Shown piece after piece: positions 39,279 through 50,517 of a DNA stretch of 64,000 nt; positions within the stretch are counted from its first letter, which is position 1; the number at the start of each line of letters is the position of its first letter. The stretch comes from Callorhinchus milii (taxonomy: Eukaryota). The notes below the pieces were generated by a model. The model saw nothing but the letters and a program-made list of their open reading frames with translations. It was not told the DNA's origin and made no database searches. The DNA is taken from contig NW_024704743.1 in the NCBI RefSeq assembly GCF_018977255.1, positions 76,448,001 through 76,512,000 on the forward strand. Direction: 5' to 3'. Both the position numbers and the translations under genes were made by a program.

Positions 39279-41639
39279 AGTTTGCAGAAAATGCATTCAT
39301 GGAGCAAAATATAAACAATGTATAATTCAGACACCGGTAATTTACCAGCAACTGTGTGTACTTCTCTCAACTCTTTAAGTACCACAGATGTGTTTGCTTA
39401 TCTGAGCTCTATCAGGTCAATGGGAGCAAAGGACCTTCCATAGACCTGCCAGCAATCTAATTTTTTAAAAAGAAAAGGCTGCAGTTTGTTAAAGAAAATG
39501 TTGCTTTTAACCTCCATTAATTTTCAAAGCTACCTATTATAATAATCTTTGCATTTTATTATAGCGCTGTTTCAGGTTATTGAAACTCCTCTGTCCAGCG
39601 CGTTGGGATGTCCTCCCAAAGTGAAAGGCACTATATAAATGCAATTTGTCCTTGTTGCCTCAAAGTGCTTCACAGGATTTACTGTAAGGTATAATGACTG
39701 TGCATTTGGAGATGAAAGCAGCAGGCAGTTTGGACATAGCAATGTCCAACATGCAGCTGTGAAGTGAATGACCAATTTTATTTACCTCAAAAAAAAAGGG
39801 AGAAAATTATCCACACAAATTGGGATTGAGCGCCACTTCTTTGATAAGCAAAACAGTGCAGATAATCGGACAGCTCTCTAAAAGAAACTGGATACAGCAC
39901 CTACTAAAAATTATTCCAACAAGAGTCATACTGCTACTATCTTAACCCACTTTGGTCCTACCTCTTCCTTCCCCTCTCCGGCCCTAATCCTACACTATAT
40001 TAGAATACTGCACTGCATAACCCTTACCTTGCAAGATTGAATTCCAATATCCCAACATCCATGGTAAATGTGGATAAATGGACATGCAGATAAATAGCAC
40101 CACATTTTACTACTATAATATTGACTTACTTAGTAATTATGTTTTTTTCATTCTAAGTCTACATAAAACTGTACATGCATAATATCTTTTGTTTTGCTGT
40201 ATTCTTCCAGCTGAACAACTGCTAAGGTGTACAAAACCATATAATTTCCCTTGTTTTCTTGATGGCCCCAAGCACATCAATGAATACTATCTGCTAATTT
40301 GACTTATCATGGAGGGTCATGGGCCACGGGAAAGGGGAAAATGCTGAATATTGTCCTTTACCTTCTCAAATAGACCAAAACATGTAAACTCGGGCTTTTG
40401 TGAAAACCAGAGTATGAGTGCCATTTGAGGCTGGAACTTGAATTTGGCTTTGTGGCAACAAGATTGGCAAAGCAGGGCTTGTCCCAGTTGGACAAGCAGC
40501 GGAAAGCTTGCCAGACAGCGGTATCAATGGCAAGCTGTGTGGTTTTAGCTGGTTAGACTCCAGCAATACCCTAACACACACTCTGGGAACCCAAGCTTTG
40601 GCTTTTGCCGACCTGCGGCTAATACTTTCTGGAATTAAGTAAACTGGATGCGGCCCTCCAGAGAGAGAGAGAGAGTGCGCATTCCATTCCAACACGCCAT
40701 CTCCGGGATTTCCATATGTATGTGGGATGCATAGAAATCTCATGGTTTGGTTTGAATACTCTTAAGCATGGTGATAGGTTTCCACATGTGCCAGACACCC
40801 AGATGACCAAAAAAAATGACACTATTCTAACAACACGTGAAAAAAACCTCTAATCTGCTCCAGCAGTGATCACCACTGAAACTGAGACGCTCTGAGACCC
40901 TAACCTGAATGGATGGCGCTATACAAGTGCAAGTTATTGTTGTTGTTGAAACAATCCCAAGGCTCCCTGATAACCAATAGTATCAACTGCAATATGACAG
41001 GCAAAGCCTTTTCTGTATCATTTTACACTTTGTGCCAAAAAATAGCTAAGCGAGCAATTTAAGAGATTAGGAAAATTCGCCACAGGGTTCAGGTTAATAA
41101 TGTTTCCTGAAACAGCTATGCCAACAATCCTGAGCAGCCGCTTTATGTCATGTCAGCTCCTTGCTGGCTGCAGAGTTAGGGTGAGACAGGTTACAGAGCA
41201 CAGAAAAGATCAGGGCACTTTATGCCCTTGGTTCCCAAACATCCTTGAAAAATTGCACAGATTACATCGTGCTTTGAAGTGTGTCAGGAATAGCCTGAGA
41301 AGACAGTCGGGACACTAGAAAAGTCATGCAAAGGGGCTGCAAATACTGTTAAGTAACCGCTGCAACAGGGCAAGCAGCCAAGACAACATATATACCTTAA
41401 AAAAAGGGGGAGTGTTGTTCAGATCAGTTTCTGGTCATGCATTTTAAAACTCGACTTCCTGGTGGTACTTTATTTGAGGGTGTGGGTGGCTGAAGGCGTC
41501 CAAACAAAAAAAAACTGTATGAAGACGATCAGACACACTGCCACATTTCCTCACATTTCCAGGACACGTGTGAAAAATAGCCCCAAACACCACATGGATG
41601 GATGGAGGGATGGATGGATCTAAAGGGAGGGGTGAGGGG

Positions 41640-41900
41640 TTTGTGTGTGTGTGTGGGGTGTGGTGTGTGTGTGGGGGGGGTGTGGGGTGTGTGTGTGGGG
41701 TGGGGTGTGTGTGTGGGGGGGGGGTGTGTGGGGGGGGTGCGGTGTGTGTGTGGGGGTGGGGTGTGGTGTGTGTGGGGGGGGTGGTGTGTGTGTGGGGTGG
41801 GGGTGTGTGTGGGGGGGGTGGGGGTGGGGTGTGGTGTGTGGGGGGGGGGGTGGGGTGTGTGTGTGGGGTGGGGGTGGGGTGTGTGTGTGTGTGTGGGGGG
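41640..41900. repeat. GT/G-run low-complexity tract in CRTAP intron 1
   Basis: Almost purely G and T; source of the spurious His/Thr/Pro and Gly/Val/Cys ORFs. Confidence 0.95.
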
Positions 41901-41997
41901 GAGAGAAAGGCAGCTCTTTGCTGTCAAGTAATCTTAAGAGATCTTTCGATCCAGAGAGAGAGAGAGAGAGAGAAAAAAAAATAATCGTTCGGCTCAC

Positions 41998-42444
41998 CTT
42001 ATAGTAGGCGAATTGGAGGAACTTGTAGGGCTCTCGCTTCTCGAAGTCCTCCAGGGTGTCCTTGCTGGGCTGAGACTGCCGGAAAGCGGGCAGCCCCTGT
42101 TTGCACCTCTTCAGGCACTGCGCTCTCTTCATTAAGTTGCCGAAGACCTTGAGTTCGGTGAACTGCCCGAAGTGGCTCTCGTCGTCCAGTCGGGCGGTGC
42201 TGCAGTTGAGGTTGCAGAAAGCCTCGCTGTCCTTGAGCAGGCGGTAGAGCCTGAGGCTCATCTCCAGGTACTCCACGGTCTCCAGCCACTTCTCGGCCGT
42301 GTACTGGTCCAGCGCGTAGCGGTACGCGGACTCCAGCGGCATCAGCTCGTCCCGAGGGAAACTGCGAAAGCTGTACTTCTCGTACTGGGCGTCGCTGGCG
42401 CACAGGAAGGCCATCAGCGCCCAGACCGCCACACAGCGGTCCAT
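41998..42444 (-). CDS. CRTAP: CRTAP exon 1 (signal peptide, start of mature protein)
   Basis: ATG at 42444; [19 protein letters not shown] then [32 protein letters not shown]|gtgagc donor; 447 nt. Confidence 0.95.
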
Positions 42445-43245
42445 GGCTTCTGGTCTCAACCCTCCACAACCACACGAGCACTGAGGACCTGCACCGCTCT
42501 CCCTCTCTCTCTCTCTGTGTGTGTGTGGGTGTGTGTGACCGCAGTCCCGGCTCCAGCTGCCCCGCAACCTAACTTTCCCGGGGGGGGGGGGGTGGGGGGA
42601 GGGAATGATTGACTTGCAGGAAAGCCAATGACACGGCGGAGCGCGGGAGACGCCACCAATCGCCAACAGCAGAAGCGCCCACAATACTGGGCCGTGAGAA
42701 CCATCACGTTTGGGTGCCCGCAGTGAGCTGCCCCCCCCCCTCCTCCCTCCCTCTCCCCCCCCCTATAACACGGGGTCCTCATGCAAATAGGAGTTTGTAA
42801 CTTTTTTTTCCCCAACACCCCCCCCCCACCTCTCAAAAAAAAACCTCACAGATATCAAAGGGCGCTGTTGAAACGAACCGATTTCATTAAATTAACTCTG
42901 CAAAACGCGCAGCAGAGACGGGCAGTGATTTTGTTGCGTGGAAAAAAAAATTATCCTTTGCGTTCGGGGAAGTTTGGGGTCAAAGCCTTACATAGTGCAG
43001 CAGTCTGGACAACTAAAAAAAAAGGCTGGTGGTGGTGGGGAGGAAGAGGAGGAGGAGGGGAGGGGGGGGGGCGAGAGTCTACACGTTTGCAAATATTACG
43101 CAGTGTAGCTGCGGGGCGCGACTCCTGTGAGGCGAAGGGGTGGGCGTTTGGGGTGTAGGAGAGAGAGAGAGAGAGAGGGAGAGAGAGAGTGAGGGGTTTT
43201 TTTTTAAGACAACTTCCAGACACTTTTAGTCACTTCAGGAGAAAT
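42445..43245. promoter_or_regulatory. Putative bidirectional CpG-island promoter shared by CRTAP and FKBP9
   Basis: Divergent ATGs separated by 801 nt; CpG-rich from ~42000 to ~43700 against CpG-poor flanks; CCAAT motifs near 42625 and 42656; ATGCAAAT at 42781. Confidence 0.75.
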
Positions 43246-43448
43246 ATGAGCTGCTGTTGGGAGTTCATGATTTTCCAGGCGATTTTAGTGGGTTTCGTGT
43301 CGTGTAACGCGCCGCCCGTCCCATTAGACGACATCTCGGTGGAGAGGAGCTTCGAGCCCGAGCGCTGCGTCCGGGCGGTGAGGGCGGGAGACTTTGTCCG
43401 CTATCACTATCACGGCACGTTTCCCGACGGGAAGAAGTTCGACTCCAG
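43246..43448 (+). CDS. FKBP9: FKBP9 exon 1 (signal peptide, start of PPIase domain 1)
   Basis: MSCCWEFMIFQAILVGFVSCNAPPVP...[22 protein letters not shown]|gtaagt donor; an alternative start ATG lies 7 codons downstream. Confidence 0.9.
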
Positions 43449-44035
43449 GTAAGTACGGGGCTCCCCCTCCCCCGGGGCAGTCTGCGGGGCCGTCGCTGTG
43501 CGCGGTTTCGCGGCCAAGTTTCGCCCACGGAAAGGTACAGTCACTCCACTCGGCGGTATATCACGGGAAGCGCTTTGAGGCGTCTGGTAATTTGCTCGTA
43601 TCAAACGCGAGGATTATTATTATTATTATTATTGTTGTCGTGACTATCTCTGTTTGCACGACCCCCACCACCGCGTTAAGTACGGATTTCGTTTCAAAGC
43701 GATGGACGACGTCTGTTGCAAAGTGTAAAACTACTGTAAAGTGGAGAGCGACAGCATTGCCAATCGCTTTAAATGGCAACCGGTGTTGGTTTATTTTTGT
43801 TGCTGTGGCGTGAAACCCAGTGGCTCAGTCCCCGCCCGGCAGTGTGGTTGCAAATGAGAGACCCACAGACTGTCCACGAGTACAGGTTTCATTCATTTAG
43901 GGGGAGGGGTTTACTCCTTTTCTTATTGTATTTCTCTGGAGCAGATCCGCCGCCTTCGCTTCTTCCATTGACATCTTTACTGTTGGCATCTTTTAATTCA
44001 GTTAATGATCCCTCCAAAAACCACAAACAACAACA

Positions 44036-44370
44036 ATAATAATAATAATAATAATTATAAATCCTTGCATTTGATATAGCGCTTTTCACGTCGGGAGGAC
44101 GTCCCAAAGCGCTTCACAGAACACACTGTAAAGTGAATTGACTGTATATTTGTGGGCGAACGCGGCAGCCAATTGCGCACAGCAATGTCCCACAAACAGT
44201 CGTAGATTGAAAATGACCAATTTATTATTGTTTTTGGTTTTGGAGGGATTATTATTAGGCTCTGTGTGGAGTAAGGAAACTTGCCCAAGGTTTCGCCCTC
44301 TGCCTGGAATTGAACTCAGGTCTCTCGCTTGCAAAACGAGTGCTCTAACCACTGAGCTACAGGACTCCAC
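44036..44370 (-). mobile_element. Young tRNA-derived SINE, full length
   Basis: Near-identical to the 36510 copy. Confidence 0.88.
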
Positions 44371-44736
44371 AAATTGGTCATTTTCAATCTACGACTGTTT
44401 GTGGACACTGCTGTGCGCAATTGGCTGCCACATTCACCCACAAATATACAGTCAATTCACTTTACAGTGTTCTGTGAAGTGCTTTGGGACGTCCTCCCGA
44501 CGTGAAAAACGCTATATCAAATGCAATGATTATTATTGGTTTTACGCCCAGAGGGACGTTGGAAACTTTTTCTTTGCCTACAATTGAAATAATTGCCTAC
44601 AAGGAGAGGAGAGAATGGTCACTGTACAACCTTTCCTGGGATATGGAGAGAATGGAGACTGATAGCTCAAAGTGATCCTAAATTGATCCTGATGTGTGCT
44701 CAATAACTACAATTTGACCCCTACACTGTGTTTCAG

Positions 44737-44882
44737 CTATGACAGAGGCTCCACATACAATGTATTTGTGGGTAAAGGGCAGTTGATCGCCGGGATGGAT
44801 AAAGGTTTGATCGGGATGTGTGTGAACGAGAGACGCTTTATAAAGGTTCCCCCTCACCTCGCGTACGGCAATGAAGGAGTTC
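44737..44882 (+). CDS. FKBP9: FKBP9 exon 2
   Basis: tttcag / gtaagt; YDRGSTYNVFVGKGQLIAGMDKGL...PPHLAYGNEGV; 146 nt. Confidence 0.93.
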
Positions 44883-45039
44883 GTAAGTGATTTTTTTTAA
44901 TGGAAAAGTTAATGTCCAATTTGTTCATTTTGCAAATCTCCCTCTTTAAATGCTTCTCTTGAAACTCCGAGTATCAATCGATATGGATTTAACCAACTTT
45001 TTTTTAATTTAAAAAAACATATCTATGTTATTTGCACAG

Positions 45040-45229
45040 CCGATGTAATCCCCGCCGATGCTATTTTATATTTCGATGTGCTGATGCTTGACATCTGGAG
45101 TCCTGAAGATAAAGTTCAGATCGATGCTTATTACATCCCAGAAAACTGCACACGCACAGTCCAGGTGTCAGATTTTGTGCGTTACCATTACAATGGCACT
45201 CTGCTCGACGGTACCCTGTTTGACTCCAG
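45040..45229 (+). CDS. FKBP9: FKBP9 exon 3
   Basis: gcacag / gtaaca; [19 protein letters not shown]...[19 protein letters not shown]; 190 nt. Confidence 0.93.
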
Positions 45230-45396
45230 GTAACACATTGCATTGTTTCTGTCTGACCCCACCCCCGAATTTCTGTTTGCTTTTGGTGGGCAAATTGTCC
45301 TTCAACTGTATCTCATCACATTGAACGAGATCCAGAGTTTACTTTCTGTGTCAGAAGTCTTGCTCTGCTCTGCTCAGTGATTTCTTGTCCTTGTAG

Positions 45397-45542
45397 CCTC
45401 AATCGCCTGCGGACCTATGACACCTATGTTGGAATCGGCTGGCTGATCGCTGGTATGGACGAGGGGCTGTTGGGTATGTGCATAGGAGAGGAGAGAATCG
45501 TCACTGTCCCACCTTTCCTGGGATATGGAGAGAAGGGAGACG
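45397..45542 (+). CDS. FKBP9: FKBP9 exon 4
   Basis: ttgtag / gtaagc; [48 protein letters not shown]; 146 nt. Confidence 0.93.
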
Positions 45543-46350
45543 GTAAGCCATTGAGAGTTTTTTTTTAAAATGTTGTATCACTTGGGCATATTTAAACAGA
45601 TTTGATCAATGTCATTGATTTCCAGTTGTAGTTCTGCTGAGATCATGGTTTTGTAACAACAACAACACAATTATATTTGTATAGTTGGGAATTAGTTCAA
45701 GTTGGGAATTAGGTATAACTGTCATTCTGTACTACTTGTGGTACTTGATACACTGTTTCCATGTTTTAGTGAGCCTGTTTAGTGAATACCTTTGAAAATT
45801 ATGCTTTGTCAATTTGATAGGAACATGTCTGGCCAAACATGTCAACTGAATCACAATATGCAGATCTAAATGGGGTAAATCTGTTTTGATTTATCTTGTG
45901 AATTTGAACAATGTGTTGAATTTATAATATCTGATGAAATCCCGTTATTCCCCTTGTATCTGCGTATTGGCCTTGTGGGGGTGTGGGGGGTGGTCAGAGA
46001 AAAAAGATGGATGCAACACCGTCAAAGGGGAAAGTCGTGAGGCAGACTTGGGATGGTCTTGAGGCAAAGCAGATCTGGAGAAGGAACCACCTCTTAAACT
46101 ACAATTGATGGCTGAGGATTGAAGCACTAATCGTTCTCCTCTTCTCCCCACCCCTGCCAATCCTTTTGCCTTGCTCTGACTTCAAACCATGTCTTTGGCA
46201 GTGCATTTGGTCAACACCTTCACATTCTCATCACACTTCTCCTTGGTTCCTAAAGACTCTCAGAGGCACTTATTGCTGTTCACCCTATATAATAGATGCT
46301 ATTTAAGTTGTAATAACTGTATATCTTTAAATGTTTTCTGTTTTCTGCAG

Positions 46351-46540
46351 GAAGAGACATACCTTCGCAGGCTACCCTGGTGTTTGACATACTTTTGATT
46401 GACTTCCACAATCCTAAAGACCTTATTGCCATTGAGACGGAATTTGTCCCTGATCCCTGTCCCAGGAAGAGTAAAGCAGGGGATTTTGTTAGGTATCATT
46501 ACAATGCCACACTTATGGATGGTACTTTATTTGATTCAAG
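46351..46540 (+). CDS. FKBP9: FKBP9 exon 5
   Basis: ctgcag / gtacgg; [23 protein letters not shown]...[20 protein letters not shown]; 190 nt. Confidence 0.93.
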
Positions 46541-46699
46541 GTACGGTTTTGTTGAGTGACTCCCAATTCAAGTGTATTTGATCACAGCTAACAAAAAGCC
46601 TGATATTTAAACTAGTGTTTGTAGACCTTTGGCTCAAAAAAGAAAAGTTTTGTGTGGATTGTATATTTTTTTGCAGAATTACTCTGGGGCACTGCTGAT

Positions 46700-47130
46700 G
46701 ACAGCACAGCAAGGCATGGAAAGGCAACCTGTCTCTGGGAGCAGGGATTCTTCCCATTCAGCTTCTGTCAACCCAGCAAACCAAAGCCCTTACAGGCAGG
46801 GTAGTACTAGCTGGACAAGCAGTGAGAAAGCTTGCCAGATAGCGATATCAATGGCAAGTGATGCGGATTTAGCTGGTTAGACTCTAGCAGTAACTCAACG
46901 CATACTCTAGGGTCCCTAAGCCTTGTCTCTTGCTAACCTGCACCTAATACGCTTTGGAATTAGGTAAGCAGGATGGGACCTTCCAGGGAGAGAGTGAACA
47001 TTTCATTCCAATAATTATTTAGTGTATAAGTGGGATGCATGGAACTCTCAGTTTAGTTTGGATATTTTTAAGCATAGTGATGTTTTTCTGCATGTTTCAG
47101 ACACCTGACTGACCACCCCCCCCAAAAAAA
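46700..47130 (+). repeat. Unclassified interspersed repeat (other copies at ~28950-29510 +, ~40480-40820 +, ~47710-47895 -)
   Basis: Shared blocks GAAAGCTTGCCAGA, TAGCTGGTTAGACTC, GTGGGATGCA and AAGCATGGTGA; A-rich 3' end. Confidence 0.8.
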
Positions 47131-48247
47131 ATCTGTTGCAATCTCTACAACCATTGAGTCCTAGGCAGCTGGTTACCTGGTGTCAGATATACTAGTTCTT
47201 TCTGTTAATTTTAGTGCAGTGTTTATTAAAAGAAGAAAAGCAGTTCTGAAAATCTTCCTAATCAGAATAATTTCCTTTATGTAAAAAATCAGTGAATTTC
47301 TTTACTTGTTGAAAGTTTGTATTGAATTCTCGCTATATGGTGTCAGACAGTCGGGTACATTATGTTACGTTGCTTGAAGTGTGGAATGTGAACACCAGCT
47401 CGTGATGTTTTGCTATGGAAATGATATTAGCTATGATTGGAAGGGACAAAGCTGGATTTTAGTTCATGAGCTACAAATTATTTTAGTAAACCTGCTAGGA
47501 CAAAGAAGCTAACCGCTAGTGGACACAACTTCAATAATTATATATACTTGATCCATGTGCACCAGTTTAGAAGGATGATTAATACACTGAAAATTAGCTG
47601 CGGAAAATTGTTTGGTGAGACTGGTGATGTGATCATTGAATACTATCCTTTATAAAATAATACGTGCATAAATTGATACATATGCCACATATGTAAAAAT
47701 TAAGCGAGCATCTGATACATGTGGAATCCCATCACCATGGCTCAAGAATACGCAGACCAGAATGAGAGTTCCACATGTATATACCACCTACACCTGGAAA
47801 TTTTCCTGGTCTGGAATGGAATGCAGACTCTCTCCTTGGAGGGACACAGCCTGCTTACCCAATACCAAAGAGTATTAGGTGCAGGTTGATGGCAGTGAGG
47901 GCTGCCTAAATGAGACCTGTAACTAATAACTGGATGGGCGAGATGTCAGACTACAGAAACTGCTCCGAAGGTGCTTAGAAGGAGTTCACATTGATGTAGA
48001 TTTACATCATGTGATGCGGTGGGGCAGCATAGTATACATTCAGGATTCAATACTTATGTGACTACCATATCAGATAACATTACCATAAAAGAAAATGTAA
48101 TATCTAATCTTACTATTGACATCTATATTTTGTATGTACGTTTCGAGAGAGAGAGAATTACTGCATCTGAGCTAATAGGTTCTAATGTTTCCCAGAATGT
48201 TATATCTGAAGTCTGGTGTATTTGTAAATATCTGGTTTCTTTGTCAG

Positions 48248-48393
48248 CTATTCCCGGAACCACACCTATGACACATACATCGGAAAAAAATTTGTTATTG
48301 CAGGGATGGATGAAGGGCTACTAAATGTGTGTTTTGGAGAGCGAAGAAGGATAATCATACCACCTCATTTGGGATATGGTGAAGAGGGAATAG
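48248..48393 (+). CDS. FKBP9: FKBP9 exon 6
   Basis: tgtcag / gtaagt; [25 protein letters not shown]...[11 protein letters not shown]; 146 nt. Confidence 0.93.
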
Positions 48394-48823
48394 GTAAGTA
48401 AAGTACATTGGAGGGTGTGTGTGGGTAATGTATTAGAGGTGCCATTTCCAGTGGATGTGCTTTTATACATGCGTCTGTTTGTCCACATATTTCACCTGGG
48501 CTGAAAATTAGTTAATAAGTTTGTGATATGCGAACAGGCATAGAATACAAAAGTTAGGAAGTAGTAAGTAATAAACTGGATAGGCCATAGTGTGTCTATT
48601 GTGCATTGTTTTTTTTGTGGGTGGGGCAATATAGGAAAGAGATAAAAACAATAGAACAACAACAAATTACAGAAAAGGTTCAGTGTAGATTTACAAGAAT
48701 GTTACCAGGGATGAGTGGTTTTGGTTATGAAGAGAGGCTTTGAAATTTAGCTTTTTCACTAGAGCTGAGAAGGTTAAGGAGTGAACAGATGGAGGTTTTC
48801 AAATTATGAAGAATTACAATGTA

Positions 48824-49418
48824 CAGTGGAAGCCACTTTAGCCGGGCACCGTGTAACCTCGGACATTGGGCAAATTAGACAAAATGGCCAGCCCCGATTC
48901 ATTTGTATTCTTACTTGTTTTAAATATGCCAGTTAATATGTACAACAATTCGATTCATCCGGATAAAATGCCGCGCTGGTCGCCGCTGAATGTACTGACT
49001 TACAACTTCTGTGTTACGAGTGGCTCCAGGATAGAGATGGGAGGAGTTAATTTGTGATTGATTGACAGCAGATTCCAGCCATTCACAAGCGGCTGGAGTT
49101 CGGCTGTCCATCAATGAGGGGGCGGAGGATTGGGGAAGAATCAAGGGAGGGAAGGAAGGAGTCAATCCTGTTGATTGACAGCTGGAGGCACTTGTGAATG
49201 GATGAAGTGTCCAAACATTCACATACAGCCCCAACACTGTCAGTTACCTTGGAGCCACTGCTAATTGATCCCTTTCCCATCCAATGGGAGGGAGAAGGTG
49301 CCGCTGCCGCTCCTCTGCTGGGCGGGAAGAGGTAATGGAACTTTGGTTAACCTCGGATGCTGCTTAAGCCGGACAAAATGGCTGGCCCAGATTTATCCGG
49401 CTTAACCGGCTTCCACTG
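48824..49418. mobile_element. Non-autonomous pogo/Tigger-like DNA transposon (MITE) inserted in a CR1 3' fragment
   Basis: Terminal inverted repeats CAGTGGAAGCC...GGCTTCCACTG, TA on both sides, 595 nt, no transposase ORF. Confidence 0.85.
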
Positions 49419-50327
49419 TATTATGATTCACATAAATCTTCATGATCTTCAAGTCAGTAATAAGCAGGCACAAGTTAAAAAAAAGAAATCTTTACACAGA
49501 GGGTGATGAGAATGTGGATTTCTCTGACACAAACCATATGTGTCAGAGAAATCCACATTCTCATCAACCTCTGTGTAAAGACGAGTCCGTGGATTATTTT
49601 GAAAGGTAATTGATTAGATTCTTGAAGAGGAGGAGGAATATTAAAGGGTGTGGTGATCGAGCAGGAGAGAGGTTAGATTGGCTCATGTGGAGAAAAACAC
49701 CAGCACAAACTTACAGTATATGTTTCAGTACTGTACGATTATTTGATTTTGTTTTCATTAGGAATTATTTCTGAGGAACTGGGAAGGAGGTTTACAATAA
49801 ATACATCATAACACTTTACAGTTAAATCCTGTGAAGCACTTTGAGATGTTTCACTGGTGTTGCTAAGGTGTTGCATCATATGCAAGGATTATTATCATTG
49901 TTATCACTTCTAGATGAGATAGACAGGCTCTGAATAGGATTACAAGCCTGTGTGTGTGATTGTGCGTGTTTATATGTATATGTACAATAGAAGAGGGCAG
50001 AAAATTATAATATTAGGATAACAAGAGTTGAGCAAAGATCAAAAATATTGGTTCCCTGGGTTCAGTTTCAAATAATTTGTGCTCCATTTCTAGCTTCTGG
50101 GCCTTGCATATATTGGCCTGGAAGGCAGCATAGAGCAGTATTCTTCAATGTTTGGAATTTTATTTTTAAAAAATCATTCTGAATCTGTTTCTGATCGGCC
50201 AACCTATCTGAAAATTAACCTTGAGCTTTAAGCAATCCAATACTCTACCCACATGAAGGGCACTATATAAATACGAGTTGTTGTTGATGGGACTAACCAA
50301 TTCTCCTTTTTCATACATATTAATTAG

Positions 50328-50517
50328 ATGGAAAGATTCCTGGCTCTGCTGTCCTTGTTTTTGATATCCACATGATTGATTTCCATAACCCATCTGATGA
50401 AGTAGCCATTAAAACCTATCATAAACCCAGTGACTGCGGGGTGTTGTCCAAAAAAGGAGATTATGTCAAGTATCACTATAACGTAACACTGATGGATGGG
50501 ACAAAGTTAGATTCTAC
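50328..50517 (+). CDS. FKBP9: FKBP9 exon 7
   Basis: aattag / gtaagt; [23 protein letters not shown]...[20 protein letters not shown]; 190 nt. Confidence 0.92.

Noticed and set aside
41529..42004. Long His/Thr/Pro and Gly/Val/Cys ORFs
   Set aside because: Translations of the GT/G low-complexity tract
42445..42684. 80-aa N-terminal extension of CRTAP in the ORF track
   Set aside because: It starts at a non-ATG codon and crosses microsatellites; the signal peptide starts at ATG 42444
42620..42710. ERSE/UPRE ER-stress elements in the shared promoter
   Set aside because: CCAAT boxes are present, but I found no CCAAT-N9-CCACG or TGACGTGG consensus
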